From contig CAWDGJ010000002.1 of the NCBI GenBank assembly GCA_963801815.1, forward strand, positions 672,001 through 736,000: a DNA stretch of 64,000 bases. Direction: 5' to 3'. This document shows, piece by piece, positions 51,851 through 61,449 of this stretch. The DNA comes from an uncultured Verrucomicrobiae bacterium (lineage in GTDB: Bacteria; Verrucomicrobiota; Verrucomicrobiia; Chthoniobacterales; UBA10450). The first letter of the stretch is position 1. Each line of letters starts with the position of its first letter. The notes beneath the pieces were generated by a model, which searched no databases, had not been told where the DNA came from, and saw nothing but the letters and a program-made list of their open reading frames with translations. Made by a program: the position numbers and the translations under genes.

Positions 51851-53425
51851 TTAACTGGCTTGCACTACGCGACTGAGCGCGCGGGTCAGGGCTTCAGTGG
51901 CTTCGTTGTCATCCTGGTAGCCCCAGACGACAATCTCGAGGATTTGCGCGCCGATCTCGCGCCGGCCGCGCAACGCCGCGCGCAAGCGCCCACGGAACGA
52001 CCAGTCTTCCTCTATGGCTGCGGCGACGCTGTCGTAAGAAGAACGCGCGTCCCAGTAACAGTAAAAAACATGCAGGGGCCCGCTATTGTCCGTGAATCGA
52101 TAGGAGCGGACTGGCAAACTGACTCCGTTCACCTTGAGCATTCGCAAACCGTTATCCCGTTCCATCGTGCGACCGCTCGCCGGGAGACAGATGTCGGGAC
52201 GATGCACTTTGGTAAAGCGGGCCGCGGTCCGTCCCGGAAACCATTTAAAGAAAAACATGAGCCAGTGATGGCCGTCAGCACCTTCCCAACTTGCGCCGCC
52301 GCCTTCGTTATATTGGAGTAACGATTCTGCTTCCGGAGTAATCGGAACGGACTTGTAGTTACTCTCCGAATCCGGCCAGTGCACCGCCCAATGCGAAGCG
52401 ACCACCGGCTGGTGCGAATGATACCAAAACTGGACCGCGACTTCGGCGAAGACCAGCCAACAAGTCAAGAGCGCGATTGGCGCCCAATTGAAACGAGCGG
52501 TAGACAATTCATTTTGAATAACGCGGGAGATTGGCGCTTCAGTTCCGCGACGCAGCATCCCGAGGCTTACCACCCAAAGGCCAAACAAGCAGACGAGCAA
52601 GATGGAGAAGCCTGCGGGATCGTGCCACGCTTCAATTCCACTCGCGCCGCGGTTGGTCCCGACCCAAACGAGAATGGCGGTGCGGACAACATTGCAGATG
52701 AAGGCGAGAACGGCGCCGATGATGACAAGAAGAATCCGGCGCGCCACGCTAAAGGAATAAAGTTCGCCAAGAAAAAGCGAAATCATGAGAGTGGCCTGAA
52801 GCGAACGAACACCACTGCAGGCCTCTTCAATTCCAATGAAACCCGAACCAACTTCGATGACGTTGCCGTGGCGCAAAGCCGGCACCCCGGCGAGTTGCAG
52901 AAATATTACATTCAACGCGGTAACTGCCCGCATCAGATCTTGAATGACAATCTGCTCGATTCGGACCGGCCACGGAACCGCGACAAGAAAGAACAAGAAT
53001 GGAAAGGCGAAATGTCGCAGCCGGCCACCACCGCCGGTGAGATAAACAAACGAAAGGGAAATAGTAACGACGACCAGTGCGAGCAACCAGCTCAACAACC
53101 GCCAGTCGGGATTTGCTTCAGCGACAAATCGAATCGGCAAAAACAGCACCGCGCTAACAACGATGAGTAAAATCGACAATGTACGAGCTGTTGGTGCCGT
53201 GCCCGTTGGAGCGGGCCGAGTTTGCCAACGCTTCCAAAGCAGATAGGCCAGCAGGATTGGAACGATGATACCGTAATTGTATTGGGCATTCAGCCACCAC
53301 TCGCCTCTCAGTTGATTGATCAGCTCAAACCAGAGCAATCCAAAGCCGACCGCCCCGATGAACCAGCCTTTGGGTAAGGCGCGTTTCGCAGGGACAACCG
53401 CAGCCGGCCCAATCTTCTCGTCCAT
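51851..53425 (-). CDS. Exosortase with C-terminal EpsI-like domain
   Basis: Polytopic; catalytic triad motifs EEACSGVRSL, NVVR and WHD; C-terminal HRPDICLPASG. Confidence 0.88.
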   Translation of the reverse strand: MDEKIGPAAVVPAKRALPKGWFIGAVGFGLLWFELINQLRGEWWLNAQYNYGIIVPILLAYLLWKRWQTRPAPTGTAPTARTLSILLIVVSAVLFLPIRFVAEANPDWRLLSWLLALVVVTISLSFVYLTGGGGRLRHFAFPFLFFLVAVPWPVRIEQIVIQDLMRAVTALNVIFLQLAGVPALRHGNVIEVGSGFIGIEEACSGVRSLQATLMISLFLGELYSFSVARRILLVIIGAVLAFICNVVRTAILVWVGTNRGASGIEAWHDPAGFSILLVCLFGLWVVSLGMLRRGTEAPISRVIQNELSTARFNWAPIALLTCWLVFAEVAVQFWYHSHQPVVASHWAVHWPDSESNYKSVPITPEAESLLQYNEGGGASWEGADGHHWLMFFFKWFPGRTAARFTKVHRPDICLPASGRTMERDNGLRMLKVNGVSLPVRSYRFTDNSGPLHVFYCYWDARSSYDSVAAAIEEDWSFRGRLRAALRGRREIGAQILEIVVWGYQDDNEATEALTRALSRVVQAS

Positions 53426-53562
53426 GTGCGGCATAAGGGTAGCCGAGGCCGAGCAACTTGCGAGCCCCCAGGGAGAAACCGGGGAGCCGAACCGGCATCG
53501 GCCACGAGATCTGTATCCCGTGATAACAGCAACTATCGGCCGCAATGGTCAGTCAGTAACGA

Positions 53563-54411
53563 TTACTTCGCGACAGCCAGAATCTTGTCCAAGTCGGCTA
53601 TCACCTTGTCGAGATCTGGCTGAGTATTGCCACTGTCAGACAAAACTCGGCCTGCTACGTCCGCCAGGATCAGGTGTGGTACCTCGCGAACGAGCTTTTC
53701 CTGAATCGCCCCAATTTTGCCGCCCCGCTTATCGAAAGCGATGGCCGGCCACGGCATATTGGTTTGTGAGATGTAATTCTCCATTGCAAATGCCGAGTGG
53801 TCGACACTGCAAAAGATGACTTCAAACTCTGGGTGCTGAGGGGCAACTTGATTGTAATAATTTATAAGTCGCGATGTGAATTGACGGCCGTCCTTCGACC
53901 AGAACGCCGAGAAAAATAGAAGATAAAACTTTTTCGACTGAAGGGCTTCGTCATCAAACGGAACCAAACTTCCCTCGTGCCAGAAAACCAGGTCGTCTTT
54001 GAAAAGGTCATACATCGTGCGGCCGATTTGCCGTTCCTGCGGCACATTCGCGGCCGGCGGGCCGGGTCGATCGCCCGTCGCAAGAGCAACACTGGGTACG
54101 CTAGCCTGCTGTCCGCGCTCCAGTCCTTTTTGCTCTTCTTTAGCGGCCGCAATCTCCGCGGCCGATAACTGGCTAACGCGACTCCGAAGTTCTTCGATTA
54201 ACGCCGCACTGGCTCCGACTTTTGTCAGTTCCTTTTCAGTCGTGGAATCGAAAGTATCGACAAATTTCCTGGTCGATAATTCCCGCAATACTTCTTCGCT
54301 CGAATAACCAGAACGCAACATTAGGCTCACATCCTTAACCGTGAGCGGAATAACAGCAGCAAGGACAGAAGTAGAAACCAGCAAAAACAGCCCTACGAGT
54401 GTGCGCGCCAT
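53563..54411 (-). CDS. Secreted thioredoxin-like (nucleoredoxin/tryparedoxin-type) protein lacking CxxC
   Basis: LLFFSAFWSKDGRQF aligns with FSAxWCxxCR; FEVIFCSVD, MPWPAI and VPHLIL; signal peptide. Confidence 0.75.
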   Translation of the reverse strand: MARTLVGLFLLVSTSVLAAVIPLTVKDVSLMLRSGYSSEEVLRELSTRKFVDTFDSTTEKELTKVGASAALIEELRSRVSQLSAAEIAAAKEEQKGLERGQQASVPSVALATGDRPGPPAANVPQERQIGRTMYDLFKDDLVFWHEGSLVPFDDEALQSKKFYLLFFSAFWSKDGRQFTSRLINYYNQVAPQHPEFEVIFCSVDHSAFAMENYISQTNMPWPAIAFDKRGGKIGAIQEKLVREVPHLILADVAGRVLSDSGNTQPDLDKVIADLDKILAVAK

Positions 54412-54632
54412 TAAGCTGACTTAAAGCAGAGATCGCGCCCGGAAGGCTGGTGACGGCCAGGCACTCAGCCAGTTCAACAGCCGTGCCCCGGATGCGGTTC
54501 GACCGGTTGATCGGCAGCTCGGAAAGAAGAACTGAACATTTGTAGGCGAAGCCTCTTAGCAGTAGCCATGCTCCTAAGTCTCTTATCCATGAGCTGTTGA
54601 GATTGGGTACTTAACGCCGAACAATCCTGGAG

Positions 54633-54648
54633 TGGCACAACGGTTGGC
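54633..54648 (+). promoter_or_regulatory. Possible sigma-54 promoter (imperfect -12)
   Basis: TGGCAC-AACGG-TTGGC: perfect -24 element, TTGG in place of TTGC. Confidence 0.35.
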
Positions 54649-54803
54649 GCGTTCTAAGCTGAAAGAAGAAATCGCCTATGAGATTTCTCCATCTAATGCG
54701 GCCGCAGTTCGTGTTGGCGTCGGGGTTGCCTTTTCTCGTTCTGCCCATGCAGGCGATGACAAGCTGGAATTGACATTCTAGAAACAATCTCATTTTGACT
54801 CAT

Positions 54804-56519
54804 ATGAGCGCGCCCGTGGAAAAGTCGGTCGAGAGAACCCAGCGAACATTCATCAACCTGTTCCTGGCCATTCTCTGCGTCGTGCTGTTCGTAGTTACCG
54901 CAATCTGGGGCGGACGCGATCTTTACACTCGCTGGCAGGAGAAGCGACTGGCTCGACGAGCGATAGTTGACTTACAGCACGGAAATGATCGTGATGCCAA
55001 TCTCGCGGCACGGACGATTCTTGAGTTGAAGCCGGTTAGTGCGCCAGCTGCACGGATCATGGCGCAGCTCGCTGAACGACGCGGTGACCGGGCCGCGCTG
55101 GATTGGCGCCGCAAGGTTGCTCAAGAAGAACCAAAGTCGGTTTCCGACGAATTAGCTCTGGCGCGCTGCGCACTCCAGTTCAAAGACATCGTTACGGCCC
55201 AGCGGACATTGGATGCTGTTGAACAAAACGGGCGGAACACAGCAGAATTTCACGCGGCTTGCGCGCTTCTTGGGCAAGCGATGCATGAAGACGAAAAGGC
55301 TGATCAGGAATGGACCGAGGCGATTCGCCTCGACCCGCAAGATTCCTCTTACCGATTGCAGCTAGCAACGCTGCGGCTTCGGGCCAACGAGCCTAAGCGC
55401 CACACCTCCGGCGAAGAGATGCTAAACGCGCTTCGAGCCGATCCTACCCAACGGGTTCCGGCGACACGGGCGCTAATTATTGATGGCGCAGCGCAGCGTA
55501 TCAACAGCGATGCCCTGCTAGGGATGGCGCAGGCGCTCCAAGCTTATCCTGAAGCCACCTTCAACGATCGCCTCCTCTATTTGGATATTTTGCGCCAGTT
55601 GCACGCGCCGGAATTTGCGAACCAGCTAACCAGTTTCGAACAAGACGCCAATTCGGATCCGGTAAAACTGGGCGCGTTGATTTCGTGGATGGCGACAAGC
55701 GGCCTGAGCCTGGTGGCGATCGACTTCGTGCGCGGGTTGCCACCTGAGACAGTCACCAAGTGGCCGGTGCCAATCGCGATGGCTGAAGCTTACGCTAAGT
55801 TCGGCGATTGGGCGGCGCTGGAGGCGTGGGTCACCAACAAAGATTGGGGGCAATCCGATTTTATGCGGCACGCTTACCTGGCGCTTGCGTTGCGCAATCA
55901 GAACAAAACAGCCGCAGCGGAAAAGGAATGGGCGGCGGCGGAAAAGCAGGCAGCAACTGAAGCGATGTTTCTATCGATGCTGACTCGAGCGACCTCAGAG
56001 TGGCGTTGGAAGAAAGAGTGGACCGAGTTGCTCTGGAATCTCAGCAATTACCCCGAGACGCAATTCGAAGCGCTGCAAGACCTCTACCAAAAATACACCA
56101 ACGACGGGGATACAGCAGGGCTTTATCGGGTCCTTGTCCGATTGCTCGAACTACTTCCAGACGACGAACGAATTCAAAATAACCTCGCCCAGGTTTCTCT
56201 CCTGCTTAACGCCGATATGGAACGAGCGAGGAAACTCGCGGAGGAACTATATCGAAAGGAGGAAACGAATCCGGCTTACGCATCCACCTACGCATTCGCT
56301 CTCTACACAAAGGGGGACGCTAAAGGCGCGGTGGAAATCATGAACTCGTTGAATGAAAGCCAGCTGCGTGATCCTGCGGTGGCTGCTTATTATGGGGTTA
56401 TTCTCGCGGCCAGCGGCAATGCGCAAAGCGCCCGCGAATATCTCAAACTCGGTATCTCAGCCAAGCTTCTTCCCGAAGAAAAAGCGCTGGTTAAGAAAGC
56501 GGAGAGCTCGCTCCAATAG
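54804..56519 (+). CDS. Membrane-anchored TPR-like protein
   Basis: N-terminal TM (LFLAILCVVLFVVTAIWG) and helical repeats; C-terminal NNLAQVSLLL, STYAFALY and LLPEEKAL. Confidence 0.82.
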   Translation: MSAPVEKSVERTQRTFINLFLAILCVVLFVVTAIWGGRDLYTRWQEKRLARRAIVDLQHGNDRDANLAARTILELKPVSAPAARIMAQLAERRGDRAALDWRRKVAQEEPKSVSDELALARCALQFKDIVTAQRTLDAVEQNGRNTAEFHAACALLGQAMHEDEKADQEWTEAIRLDPQDSSYRLQLATLRLRANEPKRHTSGEEMLNALRADPTQRVPATRALIIDGAAQRINSDALLGMAQALQAYPEATFNDRLLYLDILRQLHAPEFANQLTSFEQDANSDPVKLGALISWMATSGLSLVAIDFVRGLPPETVTKWPVPIAMAEAYAKFGDWAALEAWVTNKDWGQSDFMRHAYLALALRNQNKTAAAEKEWAAAEKQAATEAMFLSMLTRATSEWRWKKEWTELLWNLSNYPETQFEALQDLYQKYTNDGDTAGLYRVLVRLLELLPDDERIQNNLAQVSLLLNADMERARKLAEELYRKEETNPAYASTYAFALYTKGDAKGAVEIMNSLNESQLRDPAVAAYYGVILAASGNAQSAREYLKLGISAKLLPEEKALVKKAESSLQ

Positions 56520-56532
56520 CAGAGTTGCCACC

Positions 56533-56569
56533 AAAAAAAGAGCGACCGCCCATCGGAACGGTCGCTCTT
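56533..56569 (-). terminator. Rho-independent terminator of the PEP-CTERM-type gene (possibly bidirectional)
   Basis: AAGAGCGACCG / CGGTCGCTCTT stem with an A7 run on the + strand (U-tract on the - strand), between convergent genes. Confidence 0.75.
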
Positions 56570-56591
56570 CAGTCAAACAAGAGTCAAATTC

Positions 56592-57245
56592 TTAGGCTGT
56601 CACACGGCGACGGCGCCGGGCTTCAAAGGCAGTCACGGCAATTGCCAACAAAGCAGTTGGGATCAGGCTTGTGGCTTCCGGAATCGGAGAAACCGTTGCT
56701 TGGAAGGCCCATAGCAATTCGTCACCAGGACTCGCGATCACCGAAATATAATTATACGTGCCGAAACTCGGAACACTGATCCAAGTGTCATTGGTCGAAT
56801 CGCCGTAAGTATTGAGGAAGGTCCCGCGTGAGCCGAGCGTGTTCGACCCATAAAGGCTGAACGACTCGTTCGGATCGATGCTGCTGACCTTCAGTTTCCC
56901 GCCCGTAAACCCTTCGCTGAGGATCGAGCTAAGATCCAATTGAATGTAATTGTCTGTCTGGATCTCATTATGCGGCGTGCCGACGAATCCGAGGCCGTGG
57001 TCTGGGCTGGCATCCTTGTAATAAAGGTCGTGAGGCGTGTCAGGTCCGCTGACAACATCGAAGCCATATGCGGTAATGGAATAACCGCTCGAAGCAAACG
57101 TGTGACTGGCGGAGCCGAGCGATGCATTGGCGTTGGTAGGGTTAAAATCCCAGGTAACGAGGGTAGCTCGGGCCGGGGTGGCGGCGAGGGCGAGAATGGC
57201 GGAACAAGCCAGGACGAGTTTCATGGAGAGTGTAGATAACTTCAT
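56592..57245 (-). CDS. PEP-CTERM-like sorted surface protein (IPEA variant)
   Basis: Signal peptide ending ARA; Ser/Thr/Gly-rich beta domain; C-terminus SPIPEATSLIPTALLAIAVTAFEARRRRRVTA (motif, TM, Arg cluster). Confidence 0.85.
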   Translation of the reverse strand: MKLSTLSMKLVLACSAILALAATPARATLVTWDFNPTNANASLGSASHTFASSGYSITAYGFDVVSGPDTPHDLYYKDASPDHGLGFVGTPHNEIQTDNYIQLDLSSILSEGFTGGKLKVSSIDPNESFSLYGSNTLGSRGTFLNTYGDSTNDTWISVPSFGTYNYISVIASPGDELLWAFQATVSPIPEATSLIPTALLAIAVTAFEARRRRRVTA

Positions 57246-57533
57246 TCGTTGTTTGATGATTTCCATAATTCTCATATTTGCGTCACATGGTCAATAAAAA
57301 TCGCATGCCACGCCGCAAACTTTTTGCCGCCCTCCCCTTTTTAAGGGGGCTTTTCCCGGCAAGTCAAGAAAATTTGCCCCTCAAGCGTGGGAGGCGCGCC
57401 TAGAACCTGCCAACGATTGGTGGGTGAGTTCCACCCCGACGGCGGGCCATTCTACCCAGCACGATTAGAAAAGCATCGTGCTCGATGCAAAGAGCTCCTA
57501 AAAACCGACACTACGCTTGCGACAAGGCGCCGG

Positions 57534-58103
57534 TTACAGATTGTGCCAGGAATATTGGCTGCTAAGAAATGCCTTTTGCAAGTCCTTGAAGTCGGAAGAT
57601 CGACAGGTGAGCTGGCAGCGGACTTGTTCTGGGCCACGGTTTATGAACAAAATCGAGCGCTCGTAGTTGTTGCCGAGCAGGCTATAGCTAATGACGACGA
57701 GAAAAGTCTCTCTGTTTCCTATCCGCAGCGGAGCCTTCTCTTGGGACTCCACAACGACGTTACTGCTGCCTTTGGGAACCAAAACGAGAACTTCCGCCAC
57801 GAGTTTTTTAATGGCCTCATCATCGAATTGAGTCTGATCCGGTCGTGAGATTGTTGCGATTGTTGCTTCCGCCTGAGTTTTATTTGGGGGATGCAACGTA
57901 AGTTCGGTCGCGGTGGCAGAATACTTCCAGCCACGCGGCGATTGATAGGTTACTTTCTGGTCCCCGTCAGAAAAGGCGAGCTGCTTTAGTTTGGCGCCGT
58001 CCAGCACGTATTCATCGATCGTTGGTGTCATTACCAACGCGGTTCTGCCGACGTCTGCCAGCAAGAGACTCGCAACAAATGCGAAAATTAGAGAACGTAC
58101 CAT
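57534..58103 (-). CDS. Secreted hypothetical protein (PsbP/DcrB-like pattern)
   Basis: Signal peptide; YQSPRGWKY motif and C-terminal FKDLQKAFLSSQYSW. Overlaps the upstream pilX-like stop. Confidence 0.65.
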   Translation of the reverse strand: MVRSLIFAFVASLLLADVGRTALVMTPTIDEYVLDGAKLKQLAFSDGDQKVTYQSPRGWKYSATATELTLHPPNKTQAEATIATISRPDQTQFDDEAIKKLVAEVLVLVPKGSSNVVVESQEKAPLRIGNRETFLVVISYSLLGNNYERSILFINRGPEQVRCQLTCRSSDFKDLQKAFLSSQYSWHNL

Positions 58104-60007
58104 CTGCCCTTAATATAACTAACCACCATCAACGTACCTGGCGGCGGATTCGCCTTGAAATTCGTATCGAATAACCATTCTCGCGTGGGCGGAACATAGA
58201 CGTTGGCCTTGCCCCATTCACCAATGGATTGCTGGCTCTTGAATAGTTCCACCATGGAACCGTAATAGCTGAGCGTCTGATTCGTCCAGTTTTCAAGAAA
58301 GCGCGGGAAGTTCTCCGCACCGCCGCTGTAAGAGCCATCTCCGCCTACCGCGGCTGTTGGCACAATCCCCGCGACAACCGCCACATTGTAAGTCGTGGGC
58401 GACGCAGTGGGAACAGTTCCAGAATTCGCATCGCTCCAACTGTTGGATAACAGATTCAGCGCGTCGGCAAGAATCGAGCAAGGTGCTCGGGTATAGCCGG
58501 AGACGTTCGAGCTCGGCGGACTGGACGGATTGATGTAGGTGCCATCTGAATTGAAGTTGGCAGGATTATTCGACGGAACCGCGCTTCCTGTACCTCCGGT
58601 ATTGAAGTCTCCCTGAACGTAAACTGGATTATTACTCACAACAGTGAGCCCGGAAGTTGGGATCTTGCTTCCATTCTTGAGTCGGATGCCACGCCGACTG
58701 GCTGTCGTGTTATTTGGGTCGTAGACATAAACAATGCCGTTGAAGTTGCCTGACTTGTAATTCGGATTGGCGCCGGCGCCGCTCTCTATCGCACTGACAT
58801 CGAGTGTGGAAACATGCATCGTGGCGCCTTCACGATTATCCTGGATCGTCTGACCCGTGCTAATCGCGCCGTTAAACATGCTATACATCCAATAGTTTGG
58901 CGATACTAGTGAAGGCGCCGCCGTCCCACTGGTCCAAACTGGTGTGAACGCATAGTTGGCTCCGCTTGGATAACCGATGGTGTAGGTGTTGTTCGCGTTA
59001 ATTTGAATAATCACGCCAGCCTGGTCCCAGAGACGCTGACCTGCTAGCGGATCGCTATTTCCCGCGACTGGAGGCTGAATCAGCTCAGCATAGCTGTCGT
59101 TGTTCGGATTCGCGTCGGCAGTATTAAAAATCGAGGTCGAATCCAAACCAAAAGGTTGGAGCGCCTGGTCGCGAGCGGGCGGGAGGCCGCTAGGATAATT
59201 CGGTGCTGCCGGCGTCTCCGGATGTTGCCCATCTCCAGGCATAAAGCCGACAAACCAGTCCGATCCATAGGTTACTTTATCGGCAAATGTAAGGGTGTTG
59301 TGACCTGTGTACAGATCCGAGTTCGTATGCACCCACCCGGTTACGGTAAACAACGGCCCGGGATGGATTTCGAGCGGATCGACATAGAAAATGGCCCAAT
59401 TCCAAGGCGAGAGCTGCTGCTTCGAGAACACGCGCCGCACTTTGGCTACGACCTCGCGCTGCGTAGAAGATCCGAACGAACTATTTAAGGTTACGTCAGC
59501 CGACGCGATGTAATTGTAGATCGCGGATGTAGTGGGTGAAACTGACGATACGCTACCAGTCAATTGTCCCAGCTGTGGTTCAGGAGTCGCATTCGCGCTC
59601 GCCACCGCGTTATATTCAGCGTCAACTCCAACCACTTTATAATTCGAAATCGTGTAGGTCGCGTCGAACTCGTCGTTCGCCGGATCATAGCTCGCCCCTC
59701 GCTTCACGAAATTCGAACTCGACACGTTGGGGAAGGGCGATGGTGTCGGTATGGCCGAAAAATCGCTCGTCTTTTTAACGGTGGTTGGTGAGGTGCGACA
59801 GGTAGACCGCCAGTTGTTGAACATGACCTCGATCGCACTGTCTCCGATCGCGAGCGCGTTCTGCAAGGTAGTTGTCCGTTGCGTATTACGGCTAACGGTT
59901 GTCGTATAATAGACTGCCACGGCAACAATGGCCATCAGGATTGCCATGGTCGAAATGACTACGGCGAGCGTGCTTCCGCACTGTCTTTGATCGAATCTTG
60001 TTTTCAT
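58088..60007 (-). CDS. Large PilX-like minor pilin / pilus-tip protein
   Basis: QCG|STLAVVISTMAILMAIVAVAV (prepilin-like, no E5, as in PilX); later motifs AIFYVDPLEIHPGP, GWVHTNSDLY and GGAENFPRFLENW. Confidence 0.75.
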   Translation of the reverse strand: MKTRFDQRQCGSTLAVVISTMAILMAIVAVAVYYTTTVSRNTQRTTTLQNALAIGDSAIEVMFNNWRSTCRTSPTTVKKTSDFSAIPTPSPFPNVSSSNFVKRGASYDPANDEFDATYTISNYKVVGVDAEYNAVASANATPEPQLGQLTGSVSSVSPTTSAIYNYIASADVTLNSSFGSSTQREVVAKVRRVFSKQQLSPWNWAIFYVDPLEIHPGPLFTVTGWVHTNSDLYTGHNTLTFADKVTYGSDWFVGFMPGDGQHPETPAAPNYPSGLPPARDQALQPFGLDSTSIFNTADANPNNDSYAELIQPPVAGNSDPLAGQRLWDQAGVIIQINANNTYTIGYPSGANYAFTPVWTSGTAAPSLVSPNYWMYSMFNGAISTGQTIQDNREGATMHVSTLDVSAIESGAGANPNYKSGNFNGIVYVYDPNNTTASRRGIRLKNGSKIPTSGLTVVSNNPVYVQGDFNTGGTGSAVPSNNPANFNSDGTYINPSSPPSSNVSGYTRAPCSILADALNLLSNSWSDANSGTVPTASPTTYNVAVVAGIVPTAAVGGDGSYSGGAENFPRFLENWTNQTLSYYGSMVELFKSQQSIGEWGKANVYVPPTREWLFDTNFKANPPPGTLMVVSYIKGRWYVL

Positions 60008-60852
60008 TGGTAAGTGGTGAGTCGTGTTTTGAAGGGGACCTGGCCGTTAAGCAGGATGTTTGCGGATTTGTAGCCGCGATTGCTGTATTGAGTGTCAGAT
60101 GTAGACAGATCGATCGCGGCGACGAAACGGTAATAAAGGGCACCGGCCGCAGTCGCTGGAGTGCTAAACGGAGTGGAGTTCGTCACATAATTAGCAACGG
60201 ATTTGGTGTTGCCTTTCCACTTCCAATTCAGGTTGTTGCCGGATACAGCGTAGGAACACCGGTCTGTGATGAAGCACACAATATCGCCGCCTGTGCTCCC
60301 GGTGCCTTTGATTGCGACAGGCATTGTGCTCACCGGATAGGTCACCGGTGGAGTCAACGCCGGCCCGGAGATGTTGGTAAGAGTAGGCTGAAAGTCGCCG
60401 CTGCCGCCGCTAACTGCCGAAATATCCGCTTCAATTTGATATGCCGGAATAATTACGCGTTGACCGACAATTGGCGTCGGACCCGCATTAGATGTCAGAA
60501 CCAAATGGATCTTCGTGTCGCCAACATTGACATCATTCTTGAGCTTGTGCGGGCCGCTTGACCATTGTTGAAAGGAGATTCCCTCGGCTGCGGTGGGTGC
60601 CGGCGAAGGATACGCCGTGCCGGTAGCATCAGATAGCGCAGGCAGCGACACGGCGCCGTGCAGGTCTTGAAGCATGTCAACCATGGCCACCCGGGCCTGT
60701 TGATGCGCGACGTTAACGGCTGTGTTCTTGGCGCCCAGGACGGTGCTCGTATACAAAATCGCACATAAAACCAAGCCGACCACCCCCATGAGGGCGACGG
60801 TAAACATCAACTCCACAAGTTTGAAACCAGCCGATTGCGAAGAAACTTTCAT
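60004..60852 (-). CDS. PilW-like minor pilin
   Basis: SAG|FKLVELMFTVALMGVVGLVL; 4-bp overlaps with both neighbours. Confidence 0.8.
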   Translation of the reverse strand: MKVSSQSAGFKLVELMFTVALMGVVGLVLCAILYTSTVLGAKNTAVNVAHQQARVAMVDMLQDLHGAVSLPALSDATGTAYPSPAPTAAEGISFQQWSSGPHKLKNDVNVGDTKIHLVLTSNAGPTPIVGQRVIIPAYQIEADISAVSGGSGDFQPTLTNISGPALTPPVTYPVSTMPVAIKGTGSTGGDIVCFITDRCSYAVSGNNLNWKWKGNTKSVANYVTNSTPFSTPATAAGALYYRFVAAIDLSTSDTQYSNRGYKSANILLNGQVPFKTRLTTYQ

Positions 60853-61376
60853 ATGTCAGACGTGCGGATGGTGCTCACTGAATAAGTGTAATTACGATTC
60901 AGGTAGGTGAAGGTGATCGTGAAAACAGCTTGATAAGTGTTTGGAAGGCTCCCCGACAGATTGGTTACCGTTTCCGTGAGGGTGCCATTAACTACGAGAA
61001 CAACATTGTTGCTGGCATCCCGATACTCATAAACAGGAACATTGAAGTTAGTGCCGTTGACGGAAATGTTGTGTGTGCCCACGGTCATGTCGTACGTCGG
61101 ATAGCTGCCGTGGCTGGCATCCACGGGAACCTGAGCCGTTCCATCCGAGTTGGTCTTCTGAGGATTAAACGGGCTCATCGACTGGAACAGATCAACTTGG
61201 TTCGTGAGGACCGTATAAGCGCCGGTGCTATTGCGACTCATTGTCGCAATAGAGTTGACCTTGGTTAGTGCTCCAATGGTCGTGGCAACTCCAAGACCTA
61301 GGACAGCAATGGCGATAATAGTCTCCACCATTGTGAACCCAGCGGGGCCACAGGTTTGTTTTGGACGGCGTCTCAT
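60849..61376 (-). CDS. PilV-like minor pilin
   Basis: PAG|FTMVETIIAIAVLGLGV. ATG at 61376 preferred because it lies downstream of the sigma-54 site. Confidence 0.8.
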   Translation of the reverse strand: MRRRPKQTCGPAGFTMVETIIAIAVLGLGVATTIGALTKVNSIATMSRNSTGAYTVLTNQVDLFQSMSPFNPQKTNSDGTAQVPVDASHGSYPTYDMTVGTHNISVNGTNFNVPVYEYRDASNNVVLVVNGTLTETVTNLSGSLPNTYQAVFTITFTYLNRNYTYSVSTIRTSDI

Positions 61377-61433
61377 ATGTCGAATCGGCCCAGTCTTAGT
61401 GCTGGCACGACCGGGAATTATAATTTCCATAGG

Positions 61434-61449
61434 AGCACGTTGAGTGCCA
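61434..61449 (-). promoter_or_regulatory. Sigma-54 promoter of the minor-pilin operon
   Basis: Minus strand TGGCAC-TCAAC-GTGCT with exact GG-N10-GC spacing. Confidence 0.65.

Noticed and set aside
57295..57310. Sigma-54 promoter for the PEP-CTERM-type gene (TGGCATGCGATTTTTA)
   Set aside because: The -24 element is good, but the -12 GC is absent.
57387..57848. 153-aa ORF on the + strand
   Set aside because: It is antisense to the better-supported secreted protein at 57534..58103 and has no recognisable motifs.
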